Shown one piece after another: positions 9,247 through 16,926 of a stretch of 26,954 nucleotides of DNA. Position numbers and translations under genes: made by a program. The DNA is taken from the NCBI GenBank assembly GCA_046543235.1, contig JBKGZT010000013.1:1-26954 (forward strand). The letters are read 5' to 3'. Every line of letters starts with the position of its first letter. The first letter of the stretch is position 1. The stretch comes from Candidatus Acetothermia bacterium. Lineage in GTDB: Bacteria; Bipolaricaulota; Bipolaricaulia; M55B111. The notes beneath the pieces were generated by a model that saw only the letters and a list, made by a program, of their open reading frames with translations, made no database searches and was not told the DNA's origin.

Positions 9247-9540
9247 ATGAACGAAGAAGAAAGAAAAAGAGAAGATAACGAAGAGAATTCGGAAGCCCGA
9301 GACGAAGAATCGGAAGAAAAGGACCTTGAATCCGCTCTTGACGAGATGGGTGGCGCCATGGGGGGCGGAGGAGGAATGGGTGGATTGGGCCAAATTATGA
9401 GCCAGATGGGTGGAATGGGCGGAGGAGGAATGGGTGGAAGATCCGGCCCTGACCCTCAGCTGCTGAAGTCCATCCAGGATTTAAAGACACAGCTTGGAGA
9501 ACTGGAGGAAAAGATAGACGAGATAAACGAAAAGCTCTAG
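9247..9540 (+). CDS. Hypothetical 97-aa protein: acidic N-terminus, Gly/Met (GGM) repeats, C-terminal coiled coil
   Basis: Strong SD GGAGGT at 9235-9240; fills the gap between phoU and the tRNA; hydrophobic heptad pattern in LLKSIQDLKTQLGELEEKIDEINEKL. Confidence 0.85.
   Translation: MNEEERKREDNEENSEARDEESEEKDLESALDEMGGAMGGGGGMGGLGQIMSQMGGMGGGGMGGRSGPDPQLLKSIQDLKTQLGELEEKIDEINEKL
9363..9438 (+). repeat. 22-nt perfect direct repeat (GGGCGGAGGAGGAATGGGTGGA) encoding GGGGMGG
   Basis: Copies at 9363-9384 and 9417-9438, in-frame 54-nt period. Confidence 0.85.
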
Positions 9541-9544
9541 AAGC

Positions 9545-9620
9545 TGGTGGAGATGAGCGGATTCGAACCGCCGACCTCCGCGTTGCGAACGCGGCGCTCT
9601 CCCTGCTGAGCTACATCCCC
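9545..9620 (-). tRNA. tRNA-Ala (anticodon CGC), 3' CCA encoded
   Basis: Reverse complement GGGGATGTAGCTCAGCAGGGAGAGCGCCGCGTTCGCAACGCGGAGGTCGGCGGTTCGAATCCGCTCATCTCCACCA: 76 nt, G3:U70 Ala identity pair, anticodon arm CCGCG/TTCGCAA/CGCGG, TTCGAAT T-loop. Confidence 0.98.
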
Positions 9621-9631
9621 GAATCGTGATC

Positions 9632-9660
9632 ATTATAAGTGACGGTCATATTTGCCTCAA
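9632..9660 (-). promoter_or_regulatory. sigma70 promoter of tRNA-Ala
   Basis: Minus strand TTGAGG-17 nt-TATAAT, 11 nt before the mature tRNA 5' end. Confidence 0.8.
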
Positions 9661-9703
9661 GTGGCCCCGGGAATTCCTCTTCCAATGGTGACTGAAGCGG
9701 TTA

Positions 9704-9734
9704 TTGATAAAACTGGACTATAATGGTATAGTTT
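9704..9734 (+). promoter_or_regulatory. iscS promoter with overlapping IscR/Rrf2-like operator
   Basis: TTGATA(9704)-17 nt-TATAGT(9727) with TGn extension; 25-nt quasi-palindrome AAACTGGACTATAATGGTATAGTTT at 9710-9734. Confidence 0.6.
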
Positions 9735-9749
9735 CGTGGGAGGGGTATA

Positions 9750-10901
9750 ATGAGTAAATTGACCTATCTGGACAATGCTGCAACTACTCCAGTGGCAAAG
9801 CCCGTTCAGGAGAAAATGTCGGAGTTTTTCAGAAAAAAATTCGGCAATCCTTCCAGCCTATATTCTTACGCGAACGTCGCGAAAAGCCAGGGACTGGAGG
9901 CTAGCAGGGAAAGGATTGCAAATGCTCTCGGCCTCACCCCGGAGGAAATAATATTTACTTCCGGTGCCACGGAATCCAATAACCTGGCAATAAAAGGTGT
10001 AGCTTTGAATCTGGACCGACCGGGGCATTTCGTCACTTCGGAAGTCGAGCACCATGCCGTTCTCCATACCTTCGAATGGCTCGAGGAGCGGGGTCATGAA
10101 GTAACCTATCTGGAAGTGGACGAGGATGGACGAGTTAATCCGCAGGAACTGGAGGATTCGCTTAGAGAGGATACGGCGCTCGTTTCCATAATGTACGCCA
10201 ACAACGAGATCGGTACGATCGAGCCGATCCCCGAGCTGGCTGAACTAACCGATGAGCACGGGGTCCTCTTTCACACGGATGCCGTCCAGGCTTTCGGTAA
10301 GTTCCCGCTCGAATTGGAAAACGTGGACTTGCTTTCCGCCTCTGGTCACAAGATATATGGTCCAAAAGGGGTGGGATTTCTCTACCGGGGAAAAGGAGTG
10401 AAGCTAGAACCCCTGCTTCACGGTGGCGGACACGAGGACGGCTTACGGAGCGGGACCGAAAACGTCCCCGGCATCGTAGGCCTGGGAAGGGCCACGGGGC
10501 TTGTCTACGAGGAAATGGAGGAAGAAAGCCAGCGCCAGAAGGCACTTCGCGATAGGATTATCGAAGAGGTCCTCGAGATTCCGGATACTGTGTTGAATGG
10601 CCCGGAAGAAAAGAGGCTTGCCAACAACGCGAACTTCAGTTTCAAGGGGATCGAGGGAGAATCAATAGTTATGAAGCTGGACAACCGGGATATTGCGGCC
10701 AGTACGGGTTCTGCTTGTTCTTCCCCCAGCCTGGAACCGAGCCACGTCCTGCTCGCAATAGGCCTGCCTTTATCTCTTGCTCACGGTAGTTTACGAATAA
10801 CTCTCGGACGAGAAACGGACGAAGAGGACGTGGAACACCTACTCGATGTACTGCCGGACGTGGTTGAAGAACTCAGACGCGCCTCCCCTCTGTCTAATTG
10901 A
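9750..10901 (+). CDS. iscS: Cysteine desulfurase, group I (IscS/NifS)
   Basis: YLDNAATT, FTSGATESNN, HTDAVQ, PLP lysine motif SGHKIYGPKG, catalytic STGSACSS. Confidence 0.97.
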   Translation: MSKLTYLDNAATTPVAKPVQEKMSEFFRKKFGNPSSLYSYANVAKSQGLEASRERIANALGLTPEEIIFTSGATESNNLAIKGVALNLDRPGHFVTSEVEHHAVLHTFEWLEERGHEVTYLEVDEDGRVNPQELEDSLREDTALVSIMYANNEIGTIEPIPELAELTDEHGVLFHTDAVQAFGKFPLELENVDLLSASGHKIYGPKGVGFLYRGKGVKLEPLLHGGGHEDGLRSGTENVPGIVGLGRATGLVYEEMEEESQRQKALRDRIIEEVLEIPDTVLNGPEEKRLANNANFSFKGIEGESIVMKLDNRDIAASTGSACSSPSLEPSHVLLAIGLPLSLAHGSLRITLGRETDEEDVEHLLDVLPDVVEELRRASPLSN

Positions 10902-10929
10902 CCCATGATTACACTTTGAGGTGTTTTCA

Positions 10930-11430
10930 ATGTATTCGGAAAAAGTAATGGAGCACTTTAATGACCCACACAACCAGCGGAAGATGGAGAACCCGGACGG
11001 CGTTGGAAAAGTCGGAAATGCCCTATGTGGTGACGTAATGTGGCTATATATAAAGGTGGAAGAGGACGAGGACGGGAATGAAATTATCGAGGATATTTCC
11101 TGGGAGACCTTTGGCTGCACGGCCGCCATCGCCACTTCCTCCATGGTAACGGATCTGGCCCGGGGAGAGAAAGTGGAGGAGGCAATTGAGATAACCAACG
11201 AACAGGTGGCAGAAGAGCTCGACGGACTGCCGCCGGTGAAGATGCACTGTTCCAACCTTGCGTCCGACGGCCTTGTCGAGGCAATATATGACTACCTGAG
11301 TTCGAAGGGGAAAGAGATTCCGGAAGAACTCGAAAAACGTCACCAGGGAATACAGAAACACATGGAAGAAGTTGAGGAAGAGTACGGGGATTACATCGAG
11401 ATGGAAGAGGAGATACATAGTTCGAATTAG
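10930..11430 (+). CDS. iscU: Fe-S cluster scaffold IscU/NifU-N with acidic C-terminal extension
   Basis: MYSEKVMEHFNDPHN, three Cys (CGD, FGC, LPPVKMHCS). Start placed at ATG 10930 behind SD GAGGTG (10918-10923) rather than GTG 10921. Confidence 0.95.
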   Translation: MYSEKVMEHFNDPHNQRKMENPDGVGKVGNALCGDVMWLYIKVEEDEDGNEIIEDISWETFGCTAAIATSSMVTDLARGEKVEEAIEITNEQVAEELDGLPPVKMHCSNLASDGLVEAIYDYLSSKGKEIPEELEKRHQGIQKHMEEVEEEYGDYIEMEEEIHSSN

Positions 11431-11439
11431 AAGTTTCAA

Positions 11440-11463
11440 CCCGGACGCCTTCCGGCGCCCGGG
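11440..11463. other. GC-rich intergenic hairpin between iscU and the HDAC gene
   Basis: CCCGGACGCC-TTCC-GGCGCCCGGG (9/10 paired); no U-tract on the + strand; just upstream of SD AGGAGG. Confidence 0.5.
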
Positions 11464-11477
11464 CCAAAAGGAGGAAC

Positions 11478-12302
11478 ATGGATCTGGTTTTTTCCGAAGA
11501 CGCGTTACAGTATCGCTCCGCAGGTCACCCCGAATCGCCGGAAAGAGTAAAGAAGGCCTATTCGTACCTGCGGGAAAAGTACGAGACCCTGAGTCCCAGG
11601 AGAGCTGAAGAGCAGGACCTCCTGCTGGTACACGATCGAGATTTCGTGGAAAGCGTCCGAGATGGGAAGTTTTCGGATCCGGACTGCCCGGACTACGACG
11701 ACCTGTACTACTACGCCACGCTTTCAGCCGGCGGTGCTTTGAAGGCTCAGGAAACCAATAACCTTTCGCTAATGCGGCCACCCGGTCACCACGCGGGGAA
11801 GGACTTTCTGGGTGGATTTTGTTATTACAACAACCTGGCGATAGCTGTAGAGAAATCCGGCCTGGAAACCCTGATAGTCGACTTCGATGCTCACCACGGA
11901 AACGGAACCCAGGACATATTTTTGGGCGCGGACGACGTGGTCTACCTTTCGATTCATCGCTCGCCAGGATTTCCGGGTACAGGGAGGGAGACCAAGGAAA
12001 ACTGTATAAACCACCCTATCCCGGCGGATACCGGCGACGAAAAATACCTGGATATCCTGGTAGAATCCCTGGATCGAATTACGGATGAGCGCGAATTCGA
12101 ACAACTGGCGCTTTCGGCCGGGTTTGACGGCCACGAGAACGACCCGCTGGCTTCTGTCGGTCTTTCCACTTCCGCCTACGAGGAGATCGGTGAAATCTTA
12201 AGGGATCTGGAACTCCCCGCATTCGGAGTACTGGAAGGCGGTTACGTCGGAGACGATCTGGGTCGGAATATCGACGCGTTTTTAAGGGGATTCAATTCCT
12301 GA
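11478..12302 (+). CDS. Zn-dependent histone deacetylase/AcuC-family amidohydrolase (compact)
   Basis: HPESPER, DCP, RPPGHHA, GFCYYNN, DFDAHHGNGTQ, SAGFD…DP, LEGGY. Confidence 0.95.
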   Translation: MDLVFSEDALQYRSAGHPESPERVKKAYSYLREKYETLSPRRAEEQDLLLVHDRDFVESVRDGKFSDPDCPDYDDLYYYATLSAGGALKAQETNNLSLMRPPGHHAGKDFLGGFCYYNNLAIAVEKSGLETLIVDFDAHHGNGTQDIFLGADDVVYLSIHRSPGFPGTGRETKENCINHPIPADTGDEKYLDILVESLDRITDEREFEQLALSAGFDGHENDPLASVGLSTSAYEEIGEILRDLELPAFGVLEGGYVGDDLGRNIDAFLRGFNS

Positions 12303-12311
12303 GGAAGATAC

Positions 12312-13169
12312 ATGAAAATACTTTCCTACTCCAAGGCACTGTACTCCAGCTGGCTCTATTATAGCCCGGACCGTCTGCTTTTCGACGCGGGGGAGAGCGT
12401 CAGCAGCATAATGGGCAACAAATCCTTCGCGATCGAGAGGGTTTTCCTTTCTCACGGACATACGGATCATATAGCCGGCCTGGTAAGCCTTGTGAATATC
12501 AGAAACAACGCAATGGGAGATAAGAAGAAACCGTTGACGATTTACTACCCCCGGAACAACTTTCATGTTTCAGAACTGATGAACTACCTCAGTCGGACGA
12601 ATTCGAACGTCTCGTACCCGCTGGAATGGGTACCTCTGGAAGAGGGGGAGGAAGTTCAGGTCCATGGTGAAGATGGTGCAAGAAACCCGAGATACGTCAG
12701 GGCATTTGCCACGGAACATTCCCGAAATGAAATATCTCTGGGGTACAATATCCTGGAAGAGCGCCAGCGCCTCAAAGAGGAGTACCGGGATCTATCTCAA
12801 GAAGAGATCAAGCAGATAGCGCAGGAGGAAGGACGGGAAGGCCTGATGGAGTCCTATCGCCAAAAAACCTTCACTTACGGCGGCGATACCGTTCCTCTGG
12901 ATCCCGAAAAGATATCCGGCACGGAGGTCCTCTGCCACGATTGTACTTTCCTCAAAGAGGAAGATAGAAAGATGTACAAGCACGCCACCCTGCGGGAAGC
13001 GATTGAGACGGGAATTGAGGCAGGGGTGGAAGAGAAGCTACTCGGACTCCACATCTCTTCCAGGTATAAGGAGGACCTCGAGGAATACAGGGAAGAAGTC
13101 GTCGCCGATATGGACCCTCCCTTCGAGGTGAAGCTAATCCCGCCCGGAAGGATCTTCCGGGAGTACTGA
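12312..13169 (+). CDS. rnz: Ribonuclease Z (tRNase Z), Thermotoga (TM)-type
   Basis: MBL motif SHGHTDH; SKALYSSWLYYSPDRLLFDAGE and VNIRNNAMGD closely resemble my recollection of T. maritima tRNase Z; TM-type arm (RLKEEYRDLSQEEI), GDT, HDCTF, HISSRY. Confidence 0.9.
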   Translation: MKILSYSKALYSSWLYYSPDRLLFDAGESVSSIMGNKSFAIERVFLSHGHTDHIAGLVSLVNIRNNAMGDKKKPLTIYYPRNNFHVSELMNYLSRTNSNVSYPLEWVPLEEGEEVQVHGEDGARNPRYVRAFATEHSRNEISLGYNILEERQRLKEEYRDLSQEEIKQIAQEEGREGLMESYRQKTFTYGGDTVPLDPEKISGTEVLCHDCTFLKEEDRKMYKHATLREAIETGIEAGVEEKLLGLHISSRYKEDLEEYREEVVADMDPPFEVKLIPPGRIFREY

Positions 13170-13185
13170 AAGTCGTTTTAACCCC

Positions 13186-13866
13186 TCAACTTCCGCCCGG
13201 AAGCACGTAAAAGTAGACGGCGTAGAAATGGCTGACGCTACCTCCCATGACGAAGAAGTGCCAGATCATGTGATTATATGGCAGGGAGTGCCAACCCAGG
13301 AAGATCAGGCCCAGGAGATAGATCAAGCTACCGACCAGGACCAGAATAAAGCCCATCAATGGGAGGCCAAGAAATAGCTGGTTCATTATAAACATGGACA
13401 TAGAACCCATGATCACGTAAGTGCTGGCTTCGAATTTCGGGTACTTGTTAATGTAAAACCCCTTGAAAATTATTCCTCCGAAAGCAAAGGTCCAGACCAG
13501 GGAAAACATCACCCATCCAGTTACGGTCCTGAGGGTGATCAAAAGGAGGGGTGTGAAAGTCCCCGCTACAAGTAGGTAAATTGATCCGTGATCTACGAAC
13601 TGGAGCACCCGCTTTGCCTTATCGCCTGAGGCGCTATGGTAGAGAGTGGAAGAAAGGTGGGCCAGGATAAGCGTGGAGCCAAAGATCGTAACGCTCGCGA
13701 GCTCCAGGTTTCCCTGAAGGGGAAGGGTCCTCAGTATCAGCAGAACAAGCCCGGCGATGCTCAACACGGTTCCAAACCCGTGAGAGATGCTGTTGGCTAT
13801 TTCTTCCTTGCGGGTATGGGATAGCCTCAGCCCGGTATCCCTATCGGGGCCATCTTCAAACAGCAT
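13186..13866 (-). CDS. Hemolysin III/TrhA (PAQR) family membrane protein
   Basis: EEIANSISHG, SSTLYH, DHGSIYLLVAGTFTP, HMIWHFFV; about 7 hydrophobic segments; start overlaps tdh stop by 11 nt. Confidence 0.93.
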   Translation of the reverse strand: MLFEDGPDRDTGLRLSHTRKEEIANSISHGFGTVLSIAGLVLLILRTLPLQGNLELASVTIFGSTLILAHLSSTLYHSASGDKAKRVLQFVDHGSIYLLVAGTFTPLLLITLRTVTGWVMFSLVWTFAFGGIIFKGFYINKYPKFEASTYVIMGSMSMFIMNQLFLGLPLMGFILVLVGSLIYLLGLIFLGWHSLPYNHMIWHFFVMGGSVSHFYAVYFYVLPGGS

Positions 13867-14827
13867 CCTTCTCTAACTTCGCTTCGAGCTTGGTTATCAT
13901 GTCATCAACCATATCGTCTAACCCGTAGTTCGGCTCCCATCCCCATTCCTCCCGCGCAGGAGTGTCGTCCATGGAATCGGGCCAGGAGTCTGCTATCTCC
14001 TGACGTTCGTCGGGCTCGAATTCGTAAGTGAAGTCCGGGATCCGTTCCTCGATCTTTCTCGCGAGCTCGCCCGCCGTGAAGCTCATGGACGAAACGTTGA
14101 AATCACAGTGGTGCTCAAGGTCTTCGAGATCCGCCTCCGCCAGGTCGATCAGTGCTTTGACGCAGTCGGGCATGTACATCAGGGGTAAAGTAGTATCCTC
14201 TCTGACGAAGAAAGTGTAGTGGCCTTCTCTTATTGCCCCGTAAAAAACCTCTACCGCGTAATCCGTAGTTCCCCCACCCGGCAGGGTTTTTGAGCTGACT
14301 ATCCCGGGAAGGCGCAATCCGCGGACGTCCAGGCCGAACTTATGATAGTAGTAATTTCCGAGCAGTTCGTCGGTCACTTTGGTAACCCCGTACATCGAAG
14401 TCGGCCTCAATACGGTCTCGTTCGGAGCGTTCTTGTCGGGTACTTCCGGGCCGAAAACGCCTATGGAGCTTGGAATGATAATTCTTTTCAGCTGATGTTC
14501 GAGTCCCAGCTCGAGGAGCTCGAAGAAACCGATGACGTTGGTTCGGAACGCCAGTTCCGGGTTTTCCTCCCCTTTGGCCGAGAGTATCGCCGCCAGGTTA
14601 AATACCGAATCGACCTCGTATTTTTCTATCGTCTCCGCCAGAGCCTCTTTGTCCATTAAGTTAAGCTCTTCCATCGGCCCCTCTCCAAGGCCGCCCGATG
14701 GTTCGGTCGAAAGGTGTGTGCCTATCACGGAATCCTTGCCGTATCTTTCCCTTAACGCCGGCGTAAGTTCCGAGCCTATCTGACCGGTCGCGCCGATCAC
14801 CAGTATATTCTCCATTTCTTCACCCAT
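13856..14827 (-). CDS. tdh: L-threonine 3-dehydrogenase, SDR (epimerase-like) type
   Basis: GATGQIG, LAAILSAKGE, PSSIGVFG, YGVTK (YxxxK), PGGGTTDYA, RQEIADSWP; divergent from kbl; SD GGAGG. Confidence 0.9.
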   Translation of the reverse strand: MGEEMENILVIGATGQIGSELTPALRERYGKDSVIGTHLSTEPSGGLGEGPMEELNLMDKEALAETIEKYEVDSVFNLAAILSAKGEENPELAFRTNVIGFFELLELGLEHQLKRIIIPSSIGVFGPEVPDKNAPNETVLRPTSMYGVTKVTDELLGNYYYHKFGLDVRGLRLPGIVSSKTLPGGGTTDYAVEVFYGAIREGHYTFFVREDTTLPLMYMPDCVKALIDLAEADLEDLEHHCDFNVSSMSFTAGELARKIEERIPDFTYEFEPDERQEIADSWPDSMDDTPAREEWGWEPNYGLDDMVDDMITKLEAKLEKDAV

Positions 14828-14849
14828 CTTTCACCCTCCAGTTTTTTAG

Positions 14850-14878
14850 ATTATAGATGGAGGGACGAGTCAGGGCAA
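14850..14878 (-). promoter_or_regulatory. sigma70 promoter of tdh-hlyIII
   Basis: Minus strand TTGCCC-17 nt-TATAAT upstream of SD GGAGG. Confidence 0.75.
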
Positions 14879-14935
14879 CAGAGCTTCAGGACTTTAAACG
14901 GACTCTAGAGAGGAAGGAGCTGAGCCTTCTCCAAG

Positions 14936-14964
14936 TTGACCCCTTTGAGGACCTTCGTTATGCT
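14936..14964 (+). promoter_or_regulatory. sigma70 promoter of kbl-lip cluster
   Basis: TTGACC-17 nt-TATGCT. Confidence 0.7.
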
Positions 14965-15002
14965 TGTTGGGAAAGAGATATCCCATATTCGAGGTGAGAT
15001 CA

Positions 15003-16223
15003 ATGCCGCTTAAAAAAATGAATCGTACTCTCGAGGAAAAACTAAACGAGCTCGAGAGGAAGGGTACACTGAAAGGGGAGGAACTGGTTATTGAGGGGGT
15101 AGTGAGGTCGGAGGACGGTAACGCCCCCCGTTACAGGATAGAAGGGGAAGAAGGGGAGTTTCTGAAGATGAACTCCAACTCCTACCTTGGCTTACATCTG
15201 AACCAGGAGGTAATTGAAGCCGAGGAAAAGGCTTCGGAGAAGTTCGGATCCGGTCCTGGTGCGGTAAGATTCATCCACGGTACCTACCAACCACACGTGG
15301 AGCTGGAGGAAAAACTCGCCGAGTTTCACGGTAAGGAATCCTGCGTAATTTATTCGTCGGCCTACGCTACCATGACGGGCATAATCCAGCCTCTGACAAA
15401 CGAGGAAACGCTGGTCGTCTCCGACGAGCTAAACCACAACTGCATAATCAACGGAATCCGAATGGCTAAGCCTAAAGGTAAGGCCATTTACAACCACCTG
15501 GATATGGGCGACCTGGATGAAACCCTCCAGGGAGCTGTCGGTACCTACGAGCGGGTAATAGTTATTACGGACGGCGTCTTCAGCATGAGAGGGGACTATC
15601 CGGACCTGAAGAAGCTGGTTTCTCTGGCGGAAGAGTACGACGACGAGTTTGCCGACGGAGTCTTTACGATAATGGACGATTCTCATGGAGTAGGGGCTTA
15701 CGGTGAAACCGGAAGAGGTACTACCGAAGTTACCGGGGAGGACGGTATTGATCTCATCGTTTCCACGATGGGTAAGTCACTTGGGGTGAACGGGGGCTAC
15801 GTAGTTTCTGACGAGACGGTAACTCGCTACCTGAGGGAGACTTCCCCGTTTTATATCTATTCCAACCCGATTACCGCCCCGGAAGCCGAAGCCGCGATTA
15901 AATCCCTCGAAATCGTCGACAGCGATCGGGGCCGGGAAATGCTGGATCACCTTAGCGCGATGACGAATTACTTCGAAGGGGGCCTGAAGGACCTCGGCCA
16001 CGAGGTAATAGAGGGGCCGCATCCGGTCGTCCCCCTGATGATAAGGGATACTGAGAAGACGAGACGCCTGGTTGACTATTTGAAGGAAAACGAGGTCCTG
16101 GCCACGGCGATCGTCTACCCGGTGGTACCAGAGGGCGACGAATCAATCAGGTTCCAGCTATCCGCCGACCATACGAGAGAAGATCTCGATTACGTGCTCG
16201 ACACGATAGACGAATTCGAGTGA
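15003..16223 (+). CDS. kbl: 2-amino-3-ketobutyrate CoA ligase (glycine C-acetyltransferase)
   Basis: NSYLGL, AVRFIHGT, SDELNHNC, TDGVFSM, DDSHG, STMGK (PLP Lys); adjacent to tdh. Start placed at ATG 15003 behind SD GAGGTGA. Confidence 0.88.
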   Translation: MPLKKMNRTLEEKLNELERKGTLKGEELVIEGVVRSEDGNAPRYRIEGEEGEFLKMNSNSYLGLHLNQEVIEAEEKASEKFGSGPGAVRFIHGTYQPHVELEEKLAEFHGKESCVIYSSAYATMTGIIQPLTNEETLVVSDELNHNCIINGIRMAKPKGKAIYNHLDMGDLDETLQGAVGTYERVIVITDGVFSMRGDYPDLKKLVSLAEEYDDEFADGVFTIMDDSHGVGAYGETGRGTTEVTGEDGIDLIVSTMGKSLGVNGGYVVSDETVTRYLRETSPFYIYSNPITAPEAEAAIKSLEIVDSDRGREMLDHLSAMTNYFEGGLKDLGHEVIEGPHPVVPLMIRDTEKTRRLVDYLKENEVLATAIVYPVVPEGDESIRFQLSADHTREDLDYVLDTIDEFE

Positions 16224-16248
16224 ATCCTGTGATTCAGGGCACCTGAAA

Positions 16249-16902
16249 TTGGCGAACGAATCGGATTCAAAAGTCTTTAGAATAGAAGACCTTGGGTTGA
16301 CGGCTTACGAGGAGAGTTACGAGCGCCAGGGGGAGATTTTTGACCGCCATCTGAGCGGCAAAGGGGATGACGTCCTGATCGTAACCCGACACGAGCCGAC
16401 AATTACGATGGGCAAGTCGGCATCCGAAGAGGATTTGCTGGTCTCCCGAGACATTCTCGGGGACAGGGGAGTGGAACTGGTCGAAATAGGTCGGGGTGGC
16501 GGTATTACCTATCACGGGCCGGGGCAGCTGGTGCTTTACCCCCTCTTCGATTTGAGGAACTACGGCAAGGATTTGAAGGACTTCGTCCGACGACTGGGGC
16601 TCGTAATGGAGAAGACCGTGGAGAGCTTTGGTCTGAACGTCGAGTTTCTCGAGAACGAGAGGATCGGCCTCTGGATTCAGGACGAACAGCGCAAACTGGG
16701 TTCGATCGGGTTGAGGGTCAAACGGTGGTATACGATGCACGGTCTCGCTCTCAACGTCGATCTTGCCGACAGGAAAGCAGGCCTGATCCGGCCCTGCGGG
16801 GTAAGAGGGTCGGAGCTGGTCTCGATGACCGACTTCGTCGCGGTAGATCTTGAACAGGTTAAGGAGAGAATTCTGGAGTCGTTTGTAAGAGAGTTCGAAT
16901 AA
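16249..16902 (+). CDS. lipB: Octanoyltransferase LipB
   Basis: HEPTITMG, RGGGITYHGPGQLVLYP, KLGSIG (Lys), HGLALNV, PCG (catalytic Cys); TTG start uncertain. Confidence 0.93.
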   Translation: MANESDSKVFRIEDLGLTAYEESYERQGEIFDRHLSGKGDDVLIVTRHEPTITMGKSASEEDLLVSRDILGDRGVELVEIGRGGGITYHGPGQLVLYPLFDLRNYGKDLKDFVRRLGLVMEKTVESFGLNVEFLENERIGLWIQDEQRKLGSIGLRVKRWYTMHGLALNVDLADRKAGLIRPCGVRGSELVSMTDFVAVDLEQVKERILESFVREFE

Positions 16903-16926
16903 CTTGAGGAAACGGAGGAAACGTCG

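Noticed and set aside
9247..9540. Gly-rich orphan as a RiPP (microcin B17-like) precursor processed by TldD/PmbA
   Set aside because: Almost no Cys/Ser/Thr in the Gly tract, no YcaO or other maturase nearby, and tldD/pmbA are about 15 kb away
11044..11781. 245-aa minus-strand ORF across iscU/HDAC
   Set aside because: Antisense to two confident genes; no motifs
14964..15002. Longer TTG-started N-terminus of kbl given in the ORF track
   Set aside because: Overlaps the predicted -10 box; SD GAGGTGA supports ATG 15003
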